A DNA stretch of 62,730 bases, counting the filler, from Babesia bigemina (taxonomy: Eukaryota): assembly GCF_000981445.1 (NCBI RefSeq). It is 10 parts of 10 records of this genome, joined end to end, with 100 filler letters (N's around TTAATTAATTAA, not from the genome) between each part and the next. Parts side by side here need not be neighbours in the genome. Positions count along the whole stretch, not along the records: positions 45,850 to 57,788 come from NW_012237132.1; positions 57,889 to 62,730 come from NW_012237134.1; 8 more parts are not named here. One strand, written 5' to 3'. Below the pieces are notes generated by a model, which made no database searches, was not told the origin of the DNA, and saw only the letters and a list, made by a program, of their open reading frames with translations. The translations under genes and the position numbers were made by a program. Shown piece by piece: positions 52,601-62,729 of this stretch. The first letter of the stretch is position 1, and each line of letters starts with the position of its first letter.

Positions 52601-54903
52601 TCATTTTCTATCGTATCACAGATGTTTTTATGAATTTGTTGAAGGCCAATTCGATCATCACCTTTAGATATATATTTTTTTAGATTCTCCATATTATTCT
52701 TGATGTTTTTGCCGGTATCTGCGAAGGCTTTCAATAGTGCATCGAGATTTTCTTTAATTCTAGAAGACAAGTTGCTAAATACAGCGTCGATTTCGGGGGC
52801 GACTAATTCAGACGCTTTGCTGTGTGCGGCGTCGACGGCTGGCTTGAGGGTTTCGTTTTTGTAGCTATGGTACGTTGTCAATGTTTGGGAGACATCTATG
52901 CCGTTAATACCACCACTCGTCATTTTCTTAAAGGTTTTTTTGGTGAGCGTATCCTTCATCTCCTCAAGCTTTCTATCTATTTGGTCATGGTAATCAGTCA
53001 ATAACTTCTGAACGCTTAAGACTGCTTCTCCGTCAATTTTGATTTTCTTGAGTGTGACCTTGCCACCCAAATGCGTGACGAGCGTTTTGCAATCTTTGAC
53101 ACTTTTGTCAATTTCAGTAACCACCTCTCCAATTTCCTTTTGTACTTCATTCTTCACCGTGGTCATTACTGTTTCCACAATCTTATGGGAGTGCTCTGAC
53201 ACGGCTTGAGGGATCTTTCCGAGATCCCGAACTAAATTTTGTAAGTCTTCTTGCGTTATCAAGTTAGAATGGCCTCTTAGCTTTGGTAGCAATTTTTGAA
53301 TACTGCTTATATTGGGACCGATGCTGGCTGTAAGTTTAGGTATACTTGTCATGTCTATACCATCGATACTAACCTTAGTGATATCAAACGACATAGCAGC
53401 ACCACTAATAACATTCTGAAGTTCTTGAAGTGGAGCTAATATATGAGATCTAAGAGGCGCAAATGCACTGTTGAACTCATCTTTTTTAACCTTATTACCA
53501 ACCCTTCCAACTCCTTCACCTATCCTTGCCATAGCTTCCTTCAACGGCATCATTAGTTTGGTGGTAATATTCGAAAAATAGTCTTTTAGAGTGTCAAATG
53601 AATTGCTACTTGTATCACCGATGGCTTTAAGTAACCTAGTTTTATCTCCAAGTGAAGAATCAATATCCTCAAATTTTGCGAGACTTTGAAGTTGCGCGAT
53701 GTCTCCCTCTACTTTTTTAATCGCTTTCTCTATCGCACTTTTGGTTGCTTTAAATTTCGATTCTAACGCTTGCGAACGAGTTTTAATGCTACTGAGAGGG
53801 TCAAAAATCGCACCTTCCATCCTCTCCAAATCCTTTTTGAGCTGAGCATCAATTTGCGACACTACACTTTCAACTTTCTGTGCTTTTTCTACAACTTCAG
53901 TGAAGTGTTTCGACAACTTCGATTGCCATGATTCTACAAAATCTGCAGTCGCGGTTGTCGCATTCTGAATATTTTTTCCGATATCTTGGTCCTCAATTCC
54001 CTTCGCATCGTATATTACTGCACCAACAATTTTTTCCGCATCCGTGATCCATGTGTACATGTTTCTTGCATAGATAGCCAACTTCGCGTTGATGGTTTTC
54101 AACTGCTTTTTCAAATCGCAAACTTTCTGTTTTAGTGTACCCACTAGGCATGCCACTTCATATTTAATTCTCTGCTTCAAAGTAGTTTTCAACATTTCAA
54201 GTGTATTATTAACGTTTTTCTTCATCTCCTCAAGTTGCAATAAGTCTTTATCCGACGACATACCAAAGCGTTGAACTTCATGCTTAACTTTCATTAATGG
54301 CTCTCTAAGCTTCTTACGAAGGTCCAGATCCAAAGACCTCAGTCCATAGTTATCGACGTCCAGAACTGCAGCCGTACCTTTCATAGCTGTGTCAATGCAT
54401 TGCTTGAGGTGGTTCGTAACTTCGGCAAGGGCAACAAATTCATTTGGTTTAGCATTGTTATTCTTAGGCTGTGAAATCTTATTAAAATTTGATTCGACAC
54501 TATTTTTTATGACACTAACGCAACTTAATATGGTTTTTGTTTTCTCCTCCACCTCCCTCTCATACCCCTCCAACCACCCCTTCACCGCGCCGACAGACTC
54601 CGCAAGCCCTTCACGCCCGGTGCCAATTTTTTTATTTAAGGTGTCAAGTACACTTTTAAGCCTTTTATTGCCTTCACTGATGTAATTATCATAAGTTGTC
54701 ACTTCATTTTCGTTTTTCACCGCACCAAGCACACCACTCAAAAATCCCATCACCCCGTCACACAGCCTATCCAGGTCAGAGTACACAATCCCCTGGCCAG
54801 TGTAGCCTTTGGAAGATGGATTGAAGCCGAGGAAGGTTTCGAGGCCGTCACAAAGGTTATTAAGGATGATAGTAGGGTTGTTATTTGAGGTATTTTTAAG
54901 GTT
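49651..54903 (-). CDS. ves1: ves1-family gene, complete open frame (~1750 codons; first in-frame ATG 54750, MGFL)
   Basis: All family motifs, TM, KISYLQP. Confidence 0.9.
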   Translation of the reverse strand, partial: NLKNTSNNNPTIILNNLCDGLETFLGFNPSSKGYTGQGIVYSDLDRLCDGVMGFLSGVLGAVKNENEVTTYDNYISEGNKRLKSVLDTLNKKIGTGREGLAESVGAVKGWLEGYEREVEEKTKTILSCVSVIKNSVESNFNKISQPKNNNAKPNEFVALAEVTNHLKQCIDTAMKGTAAVLDVDNYGLRSLDLDLRKKLREPLMKVKHEVQRFGMSSDKDLLQLEEMKKNVNNTLEMLKTTLKQRIKYEVACLVGTLKQKVCDLKKQLKTINAKLAIYARNMYTWITDAEKIVGAVIYDAKGIEDQDIGKNIQNATTATADFVESWQSKLSKHFTEVVEKAQKVESVVSQIDAQLKKDLERMEGAIFDPLSSIKTRSQALESKFKATKSAIEKAIKKVEGDIAQLQSLAKFEDIDSSLGDKTRLLKAIGDTSSNSFDTLKDYFSNITTKLMMPLKEAMARIGEGVGRVGNKVKKDEFNSAFAPLRSHILAPLQELQNVISGAAMSFDITKVSIDGIDMTSIPKLTASIGPNISSIQKLLPKLRGHSNLITQEDLQNLVRDLGKIPQAVSEHSHKIVETVMTTVKNEVQKEIGEVVTEIDKSVKDCKTLVTHLGGKVTLKKIKIDGEAVLSVQKLLTDYHDQIDRKLEEMKDTLTKKTFKKMTSGGINGIDVSQTLTTYHSYKNETLKPAVDAAHSKASELVAPEIDAVFSNLSSRIKENLDALLKAFADTGKNIKNNMENLKKYISKGDDRIGLQQIHKNICDTIENELATAIRHANAFICTDADKCQENCLDALNEFFDCEIQKAQDNIIAQAEKQYVDSRIHGMSILNNVVEKQYEKIVFVIGYNKANGVKGMFNILKDKLIVEVGEMKDTNPSPPQSSSRAKQKSPLSEASKLLNKGIMSLVGAMEEQRKEFAEWPAEFADRSIMFPDSSTYVELFATMDTVLTGIMDSNHFDHKFTDNLQSLTAALSAFAPTKFGERSSPILQAFKDGISGLARELDKSYVSTYCCQPFVATLVEPEISTEAVPDDKRKLTPYGEKLSKVCLTTLSMFFHELYYLFYHCTTKWQGYTIDGKDGKNDLKDFLLKSGYEIYNLINKDHDARNVALRLSRGFNQKGEFDKAPDSKLTFERYFTSISKFQNVVSKLFGHLETYLCVTHLRHLDGAKAPRNIYQMLQWCCGLRYNPMYEGVCEYIRELFPKVEKGKNEQYSNVHPVLLKQPATQDFNAQDVYYNLQDVCKQTETVLIAIQGHGHAAGRYAVDFSTNEDKLLYPNKPSQCFDQLFAILCRLHQQLYFLCSQVHNGTESSGWRDCWYGRYVGGSAWDCNTHQCADQKCNQTRNQIHDQNGDQHPSCGLKSPLQSFLEDGLPAFLPHSIGNIGCRITCNMSNHFGKPCKTPMGFTDITTVASHTMKGEHLKAVLRHFCGYQVSALSKLCAQLNCLLATTPKTLDDLFSFFFNFLYHWNHRGQEHKKEAFNKAINKAYFENPYDLNPTTILNSSHHHDRSGNNNHLTGDLFSLVYCNYATDASVRPCGYYLKPLSEDISCIFSYRNADKYLSWVVYLTETFYNLLHQLWKECCDNCTSPGSKCHGKVCIENCPLSNEKPQSSDNHDPGCKSIVQCPATRPTLSKYGFTLYSPHKLTGAGTFANQKRTCKDFCDALKIIVGENSVLIDLRQRIDNFIWTIREPFTYLVLALWSLSLFYLLCVMVGRLDVLHIRSHLRIPSSHKITAQSLLAAAQVGRLAKISYLQP

Positions 54904-55057
54904 TTAAATTTTGTCAAATTTCTTGTCAAGCTCACTAGGCGGCACATGGTCAGGGCAGTGGCAAGAGGTGGAAGAGGGGAAGGGAAGGGTGACAAGGCAC
55001 AAGTTATTATTGTGGTCTAAAGAGGTCACAGCGGTATTATGGCGAGGTAATTAAAGG

Positions 55058-55270
55058 GATGTAGAGTGGGTTAGGGAGCGATGTGGAGTGGTTTAAGGGG
55101 CGATGTAGAGTGGATAAAAGAGCGATGTAGAGTGGGTTAGGGAGCGATGTAGAGTGGGTTAAGGGGCGATTAGAGGAAGTTAAGGGAGCGATGTAGAGTG
55201 GATAAAGGAGCGATGTAAGGTGGATAAAGGGGCGATGTAGAGTGGATTAGGGAGCGATGTAGAGTGGGTA
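55058..55270. repeat. 22-bp satellite, short array (~10 units)
   Basis: Tandem units. Confidence 0.9.
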
Positions 55271-55329
55271 ATAATCACCACTTAGGTCATCAACTTGGTC
55301 AACATGTCATCGCTGCCGTGACCTTAACT

Positions 55330-55997
55330 TGCTCAACACGTTGGTCAGCAATTTGGTCACCACGTTGGTCAGCACTTTGGTCAGCACCTTGGTCATCACG
55401 TTGGTCAGCACGTTGGTCAGCACATTGGTCAGCACTTTGGTCAGCACCTTGGTCATCACGTTGGTCACCACGTTGGTCAGCACTTTGGTCAGCACATTGG
55501 TCAACACTTTGGTCACCACTTTGGGCAGCATCTTGGGCAGCACTTTGGTCACCACTTTGGTCAGCACGTTGGTCATGGCATTGGTCAGGTGCTTGGTCAG
55601 CACATTGGTCAGCACGTTGGTCAGGTGGTAGGTCAGCACTTTGGTCGAGGCATTGGTCAGGTGCTTGGTCAACACGTTGGTCACCACCTTGGTCAGCATC
55701 TTGGTCAGCACGTTGGTCAACACATTGGTCAGGTGCTTGGTCAGCACATTGGTCAGCACGTTGGTCAACACATTGGTCAGGTGCTTGGTCAGCACATTGG
55801 TCAGCACGTTGGTCAGGTGGTAGGTCAGCACTTTGGTCGAGGCATTGGTCACCTCACAGCTCATGTGATTGGTCATCAACGCGATCATGGCTTTGGTCAG
55901 CACTTCGGTCATGGCTTTGGTCACCAAGTTGGTCAACACGTTGGTCAGCACCTTGGTCAGCACTTTGGTCAGCACATTGGTCATGGCATTGGTCATG
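55330..55997. repeat. 12-bp repeat with an embedded partial 3'-element copy (~55845-55890)
   Basis: Tandem units. Confidence 0.9.
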
Positions 55998-56067
55998 TGA
56001 TTGGCCATCAAGCAATCATTACTCTGTCTACAACATTACATGTCAGTTGCCAGTTAGGTTGTTGTAA

Positions 56068-56202
56068 TCAGCTGCGCAGTAGATACCGCACCCTGTGGAA
56101 CGGCCGGATGCGGAAGTAGACCATGACGCAGACGACGATGATGATGAGGGCGACGGCGGCGATGGCGGAGTAGGGAGGGGAGATGGTCACCTCACTGCCC
56201 AT
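56068..56202 (-). pseudogene. Orphan type-B TM/tail cassette; in-frame 44-aa micro-ORF MGSEVTISPPYSAIAAVALIIIVVCVMVYFRIRPFHRVRYLLRS
   Basis: Translated by hand. Confidence 0.75.
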
Positions 56203-56315
56203 GTGATTCGTCATCAACGCAATCAGTACTCTTTCTATAACATTAGATGTCAGTTGCCAGTTAGGTTATCGGTGGAATTTGGATTAATGATTTATGCGCT
56301 TACAAATTGCGGAGT

Positions 56316-56469
56316 TCAGCTGTAGAAAGCGATGCAGAAGGGTATCTTGCGCACGAGGAAATCGCGGATGTTGCGGCCCACCGGAAAGCGGAAGATGCAC
56401 AGGTCGAGCAGGATGACGGCGACGATAAGGGCAACGATGACGGCGGCGATGGCGGAGTAGGGAGAAAGT
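56316..56469 (-). pseudogene. Orphan type-A TM/tail cassette
   Basis: Intact tail, out of frame with the junction ATG. Confidence 0.75.
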
Positions 56470-56557
56470 GGTCACCTCACTGCTCATCTGATTTGTCATC
56501 AACGCAATCATTACTGTCTACAACATTAGATGTCAGTTGGCATTTAGGTTATTGTGA

Positions 56558-56965
56558 TCAGCTGCGCAGCAGATACCGCATCCTGTGGAAGGGCCGGATG
56601 CGGAAGTATATCATGACGCTGATGACGACGATGATGAGGGCGACGGCGGCGATGATGATGGGAAGGACGGGGGAGGAGGAAGTGGAGGAATCGGCAAGCT
56701 GTGCACTGTACTGCGTGGCGGCAGGGCGTGAACGTTTCCTGTCACAACATGTACATTGACATCTATCGGTGTTACACGTGGTATCTCGAGTGCCGCAGTC
56801 CGAAGGATGGCATTTCTTCTGCTGTCTGAGTTGCCTGTTAGACTGCATACATGATATGCACTTTCTAGAACTACCACATCTTGTACAACACCATGGACAG
56901 CAATAACACACGTCGAACTGTTTACATCTCCTACCTGGACAATCACAGTCCCATTCTCCAGACAT
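56558..56965 (-). CDS. Small Cys-rich single-TM protein, type-B tail (135 aa)
   Basis: CYCCPWCCTRC motif, TM, YFRIRPFHRMRYLLRS. Confidence 0.85.
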   Translation of the reverse strand: MSGEWDCDCPGRRCKQFDVCYCCPWCCTRCGSSRKCISCMQSNRQLRQQKKCHPSDCGTRDTTCNTDRCQCTCCDRKRSRPAATQYSAQLADSSTSSSPVLPIIIAAVALIIVVISVMIYFRIRPFHRMRYLLRS

Positions 56966-56974
56966 CTTCCCCTC

Positions 56975-57140
56975 CCGCTCCCAGTCCCCTCAACCTGCAG
57001 ACATGTCAATCACCTGAGCAACGCACTCACCAACTGCAACACTACCACTGCCGCTCCCAGTCCCCTCACCCTGCAGACATATCAATCACTTAGCAACGCA
57101 CTCACCAACTGCAACACTACCACTGCCGCTCCCAGTCACC
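56975..57140 (-). repeat. ~75-bp repeat, 2 units
   Basis: Tandem units. Confidence 0.85.
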
Positions 57141-57159
57141 TCATCAACACGCACCGTCA

Positions 57160-57635
57160 CCGCTGCATCCCCCAGCCCAGGCCACCGACACCCACGCTGC
57201 CCGGGATACCACAGCTGCCCTGACGCCACGCATGTGATCAGCACCAACTCTCACTCTAAATTATTCACTATCGGCAACGCCATCAAAATTGCAGCGAACC
57301 CCGTGCGCTCAACTCCCTCAGTGCAGCAGCACCGTGCTACGAGCCGCGGTATCGGCGCCATACTGGCGGAGTGTGTCGGCTACGTGCCTAAATGTTATAT
57401 TAACGATCGCTACATTGCCGCCTATAAATGCTACTTAACTAGGCCAACGCGGATTACGCCACCCTGCCAGCGACTCGCAACACACGGCTTACGTCACCCG
57501 CCGCGGCCCTCACGGCCGCCTACGTTAGCGACCAATCACCCAGCCTCACGTGACACTCACTCAATGGGTAACGCGTACACCTCTCACAGTCAACGCACAA
57601 CTCAACGCCACAACACCTACCAAATTACGGTTCAT
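57160..57635 (-). promoter_or_regulatory. Conserved ~480-bp element
   Basis: Copy of 2350-2830. Confidence 0.5.
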
Positions 57636-57636
57636 C

Positions 57637-57788
57637 CGCCAGCTTAGCACTTTGCCTGAGTGCTAGGTTAGCACTTTGCCTGGGTGCCAGCTTACCACTT
57701 TGCCTGGGTGCTAGGTCACCACTTTGCCTGAGTGCTAGCTTAGCACTTTGGTCATGGCATTGGTCAACACGTTGCCTGGTTGCCAGCT
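57637..57788. repeat. 24-bp repeat to contig end
   Basis: Tandem units. Confidence 0.85.
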
Positions 57789-58044
57789 NNNNNNNNNNNN
57801 NNNNNNNNNNNNNNNNNNNNNNNNNNNNNNNNTTAATTAATTAANNNNNNNNNNNNNNNNNNNNNNNNNNNNNNNNNNNNNNNNNNNNGCCGTTCCCAGT
57901 CCCGTCACCCGGCAAACATATCAACCACCTAGAAAAGCAATCACCAACGGCAACAGGTACATGTTCCCCTCCCAGTCCCTTCAGCCTGCAGACATATCAA
58001 TCACCTAAGCAGCACTCACCAACTGCAACACGTACCACTGCCGC

Positions 58045-58535
58045 TGCATCCCCCAGCCCAGGCCACCGACACCCACGCTGCCCGGGATACCACAGCTGCA
58101 CCTGACGCGACGCATGTCATCAGCACCAACTGTCACTCTAAATTACTCACTATTCGCAACGCCATTAAAATTGCAGCGAACCCCGTGCGCTCAACTCCCA
58201 CAGTGCAGCAGCACCGTGCTACGAGCCGCGGTATCGGCGCCATGCTGGCGGAGCGTGTCGGCTACGTGCCTAAATGTGATATTAACAATCGCTACATTGA
58301 CGCCTATATATACTACTTAACCAGGCTGACGCCGATTACTCCACCCTGCCAGTGACTCGCAACACACGACTTAGGTCACCCGCCGCGGCCATCACGACCG
58401 CTTACCTTAGCGACCAATCACCCAGCCTCACGTGACACTCACTCAATAGGCAACGCGGACACCTCTCACAGTCAACGCACAAGTCAAAGCACCAGGCAAT
58501 CAACGTGCTACAACACCCACCAAATTACGGTTCAT
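58045..58535 (-). promoter_or_regulatory. Conserved ~480-bp element, preceded by a 75-bp repeat remnant (57889-58045)
   Basis: Copy of 2350-2830. Confidence 0.5.
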
Positions 58536-58536
58536 C

Positions 58537-59180
58537 CGCCAGCTTACCACGTTGCCTGGTTGCTAGCTCAGCACTTAGCTTGGGTGCCAGCTTAGCACTT
58601 TGCCTGGGGGCTAGCTCAGCACTTTGCCTGGGGGCTAGCTTAGCACTTAACTTGCGTGCCAGCTTACCACTTAACTTCGATGCTAGGTTAACACTTTGCC
58701 TGGTTGCCAGCTTACCACTTTGCCTGCGTGCCAGCTTACCACGTTGCCTGGTTGCCAGCTTACCACTTTGCCTGGGTGCTAGCTTAGCACATTGCCTGGT
58801 TGCTAGCTTACCACTTTGCCTGGTTGCTAGCATAGCACTTTGCCTGGGTGCTAGGTTAGCACTTTGCCTGGGTGCTAGGTTAGCACTTTGCCTGGTTGCT
58901 AGCTTACCACTTTGCCTGGTTGCTAGCTTAGCACTTTGGCTGGTTGCTACCTTACCACGTTGCCTGGATGCTAGGTCAACATGTTGCCTGCGTGCTAGGT
59001 TACCACTTTGCCTGGGTGCCAGCTTAGCACTTTGCCTGGTTGCCAGCTCAGCACTTTGCCTGGGTGCTAACTTACCACTTTGCCTGGTTGCCAGCTTAGC
59101 ACTTTGCCTGGGTGCTAGGTTAGGACTTAGCCTGGGTGCTAGGTCAGCACTTTGCCTGGATGCCAGCTTAGCACCTAGCT
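58537..59180. repeat. 24-bp repeat
   Basis: Tandem units. Confidence 0.92.
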
Positions 59181-59327
59181 TCGTCGTTTAGTCATCACTT
59201 AATCTCAACGCTATCTACTTCACAGGTTGCCGCTAGAGTAATTCGAGACATTAGACTACGTTTGTCGGTTAGGTGAGTAGGTGAACTATGGTAAGTGAGT
59301 TACTGTGAATTACAAATGTGACGATGA

Positions 59328-62300
59328 TCACGGTTGCAGGTACGATATCTTGGCAAGCCTTCCGACTTGCGCTGCCGCCAACAATGATTGCGCCGTTATC
59401 TTGTGCGATGACGGTGATCGTAAGTGTGAGCGTATGTGGAGCACATCCAGTCTGCCAACCATCACGCAGATGAGGTAGAAGAGGGAGAGTGACCAAAGTG
59501 CTAGGACCATGTAAGTGAACGGTTCTCTGATGGTCCAAATGAAGTTGTCGCATTCTTTGAAGAGGTCTTTGAAATATTGTGAAGTTAACATTTTGTTTAA
59601 CTGACTGCAGAAATCGGAACACTTCTTTTTATATTTATCATCATTCAATTTGACAGCGTCACAGAAACTGAATCCATATCGGTACAGCGTCGGTGACACG
59701 CCCTTACAATCCACTATTGATGGACACTGGCAACGTGGGTTCCCACTTTTTTCGTCAGTACGACCATGCGATCCTTTCTTGCACGTATCGCCTCTCAAGC
59801 AGCCGCGGCAACCCCAATCGGCACAGAATATGTTGCAGAAGTCGTTGTACAAATTGTTCAGCAATCGCCAGAAATCCCATGAGAGGTATATGGCCCAGGT
59901 GAGGTACAGTTCACAGTGTTTGATGGCCATGTATTCATAGGAACCTGAGCATAGCGATTGAAGATAAGGAGCGCAGGCTACATCTGCAACATCGTAACGA
60001 CATATATCTGAGCTAGTGAAATTGACAAGATGAGGATGCTTGCAATATTCATGCAAAACCGCCTGTGAACCATATGCTCTCATCAACGTTTTTATTAACT
60101 TATTGGAATCGGGATATAACATAAGAGAGACATCACGTATGCGTGATTCAAATGACGATTGAAAGCTAAATTCACTTCGTTTCTCGGGCGTCAAATTGGT
60201 AATATTAACCCATCCATTGACAAGCGACAAAGCAAATCCGAAGTGTTCTGGCAGCGTCTTCGGCGGAGTAGGTACAAGGCAGAACAATGATGCTACCAGG
60301 CCACTACCTAAGAATTCGCGAATGATCTCACATAGGTCCGCGCCACTTTTGGTTGAGCCAGAGAAACCGCGGAATCCCATGGGCGTCAGACACGGCATAC
60401 CAAGCTTCGCAGCGGAGGGACAGTTGCTGCATACCGATCTGCACCCTATGGAGCTGACATTATGCGGTAAGTGACCAGGCAGGCAGTCGTTAAGATAGCT
60501 CATCAGCGGGGAAGTTGGTTGGCACTTTGCTTCGCACGTTGGTTGCCCCGTTACCTGGCCCGTTGCACTGTTGCTGCAATGCGATTTGCTTGTCGGCACA
60601 TCCTTGCCGTACTCACAATTGCGCCAGCCGTGGTGCTCAGCGGTTACGTTGCATCTGTAGAAAATGTAGCGGAGTGCTGGCAAGCATCTCCGTAGTACAT
60701 CGAGAAGCATATCAAGACATTCCTGACCAGAACTAGGATATTTGAGACCTAAAGAGTTGTTGCAATAGTCACTGGCGTACAGCGTGTATTCGTCGCCGTG
60801 ACCTGCTATGGATGCGAGAACATCATATGCTTTCGCGCAGATATGGGTGATTGCTTTCGTTACTTTGTTATACGTTATGTCACGTGGACAAGCTTGTATG
60901 GGTACGGCACCAATGTCCGTGAGTGTCATCTCAATACCCTCTATTTCTGCGGCAACCTGCTTAGTTGAATCTTCAAAAAACTCCGACAAAGTTATGTCAC
61001 GCATTGTGCCGTATACAGAAGTGTATGGAAGACCAGTGAGCCATACAAGCATTTCATAGACGCTGCACGGCTGCCTCCTAGCTGAGGAAGTAGCAATATG
61101 GCAGACTTCGTTGTACTGCTCAAAGTGACTGTATATACAATTGAGTAGGTCGAAGATGTGGAAGTTGTTATATCTATCGTGCTTTTTCGATTCACACCCC
61201 TTCAGATGCTCATTTTCATCAGCCTTTTTCATTGGCCACATAATCCTCTTAAATACGTAGTCACCTATCTTATTCCTGTGGTCATGCAATTCACCGTTCT
61301 GCTGATTTTTTTCCGAAACTTTGAATCCTAGTTCGGCAAACAGTCTACCTACGTCCGTTGATTTGTTGATTTGATGTGCGCTCAAGCCCCTGCACTCACT
61401 TCTTAATTTTAACAAATCGTGATAGAGTATGGCGAGCAGGCTCAGAAATATTTTTGCGCCATTTCGGCCTCCGACCGTTAATTCTACATCTCCGGTTTCC
61501 CTATGTGTCCACCTTTTAATTGTTTTCCCACCATCATACCTGTTTATGTACGCCTTCCCTAGTTCAGCCGCAAACTCACGCAGCCCCTCCCCAACGCCGT
61601 CAAGCAGGGGAGTGCTCGGTTCATTGAATGTCTTGGGGTGGAGACCATCGACTTTAGTGGAGAGACTGTCTAGCATGGCGGGCACTTCGTGGTTGTAGCG
61701 GTGATTACTAATGTGATCGAGTAGTTTGTTGAGTGCGGAATGTGCAGCGTCGAGTTTGGAAGTGTAGAGCTGTTCCTCTCCGGACGGCTTGGGATTAATT
61801 TTCTCGTTATTCGCTGCGTGAACTCTTTTGGTCTCTTCTTTGAGGTAGTCGTGGAGTGGATGCCAGAACTGTTTGAATTTCTGCGACAGATTTTGGAACG
61901 TGTCCTTATGTTTCACATGCCCTGACAGCTGACCTACGAGACCCTTGAGTCTCGCAATATTCTCGTCCGTCGTCCCACCATCATCTCCAATCGTCCCTTC
62001 CAACGTCCGCATAAAACCCTTAAAGCCGTGCCGCCTGTCGGTGTCGATGAGGGTGGGCAGGGGCTTCAGCTCCTCGGTGACCTTCCCCGAAAATTGTTCG
62101 AGGGAAGACTTCATTGACGATATGCACAGCTTTCTCGCTTGATTAATGAGTTTGTCCATTGCTTGTTGAGATTCAGTGTTGACATGTTGTGTGAGTGACT
62201 GAGTGCATTCGTGTTTGAATCGGTCGGCATCTACTCTCATGAGTTTGGTGGTGGACTTTATGACGGGGTCGAAATGTTCGCGAAGTATAGTTACCATATC

Positions 62301-62729
62301 GTTGTAAATTTTCTGAAGTGTGCCGCTTCTAACTGAGACGCCGTGTAGCTGTTTGCCGATCTTCTCATCCTTAAGTTTTTGCAAAGCGGTTTTCACTTCC
62401 ATACCTTTCTTAGAGAATGCATCCGATAACGCTTTCAAGTTCTGTTTGACGGCGCTGTGCCATTCGTGGAATGCCTTTGCTTCTTTCGAATCTTTTTTTG
62501 CGGCCTCGAAGTCACCATTCGCTTTATCCCTAATTGCGCCAATTGCTTCTGGAAGTGATCCTTCCCTTGCTTCTATAGTGCCGGTAAGCGACAACAGTTT
62601 AACCTTGTCTTGCGTTACATATTTTTTGTAACCCGTGAATTTGTCAATAACATCGGATAAGATGATTCTATTTGATAGTTTTTCCGTGCCACTTTTCTTA
62701 TCGTCCTCTCCGATTTCTCCATCGATAAT
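59328..62729 (-). CDS. ves1: ves1-family gene, 3' part (continues past window end), SPLMSYLNDCLPGHLPH core class
   Basis: Frame open to the window edge; TM and KISYLQP. Confidence 0.9.
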   Translation of the reverse strand: MIDGEIGEDDKKSGTEKLSNRIILSDVIDKFTGYKKYVTQDKVKLLSLTGTIEAREGSLPEAIGAIRDKANGDFEAAKKDSKEAKAFHEWHSAVKQNLKALSDAFSKKGMEVKTALQKLKDEKIGKQLHGVSVRSGTLQKIYNDMVTILREHFDPVIKSTTKLMRVDADRFKHECTQSLTQHVNTESQQAMDKLINQARKLCISSMKSSLEQFSGKVTEELKPLPTLIDTDRRHGFKGFMRTLEGTIGDDGGTTDENIARLKGLVGQLSGHVKHKDTFQNLSQKFKQFWHPLHDYLKEETKRVHAANNEKINPKPSGEEQLYTSKLDAAHSALNKLLDHISNHRYNHEVPAMLDSLSTKVDGLHPKTFNEPSTPLLDGVGEGLREFAAELGKAYINRYDGGKTIKRWTHRETGDVELTVGGRNGAKIFLSLLAILYHDLLKLRSECRGLSAHQINKSTDVGRLFAELGFKVSEKNQQNGELHDHRNKIGDYVFKRIMWPMKKADENEHLKGCESKKHDRYNNFHIFDLLNCIYSHFEQYNEVCHIATSSARRQPCSVYEMLVWLTGLPYTSVYGTMRDITLSEFFEDSTKQVAAEIEGIEMTLTDIGAVPIQACPRDITYNKVTKAITHICAKAYDVLASIAGHGDEYTLYASDYCNNSLGLKYPSSGQECLDMLLDVLRRCLPALRYIFYRCNVTAEHHGWRNCEYGKDVPTSKSHCSNSATGQVTGQPTCEAKCQPTSPLMSYLNDCLPGHLPHNVSSIGCRSVCSNCPSAAKLGMPCLTPMGFRGFSGSTKSGADLCEIIREFLGSGLVASLFCLVPTPPKTLPEHFGFALSLVNGWVNITNLTPEKRSEFSFQSSFESRIRDVSLMLYPDSNKLIKTLMRAYGSQAVLHEYCKHPHLVNFTSSDICRYDVADVACAPYLQSLCSGSYEYMAIKHCELYLTWAIYLSWDFWRLLNNLYNDFCNIFCADWGCRGCLRGDTCKKGSHGRTDEKSGNPRCQCPSIVDCKGVSPTLYRYGFSFCDAVKLNDDKYKKKCSDFCSQLNKMLTSQYFKDLFKECDNFIWTIREPFTYMVLALWSLSLFYLICVMVGRLDVLHIRSHLRSPSSHKITAQSLLAAAQVGRLAKISYLQP

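Noticed and set aside
45850..57788. Super-unit as an autonomous transposon or retroelement
   Set aside because: No transposase, reverse transcriptase or recombinase motifs, and no terminal inverted repeats or target-site duplications seen.
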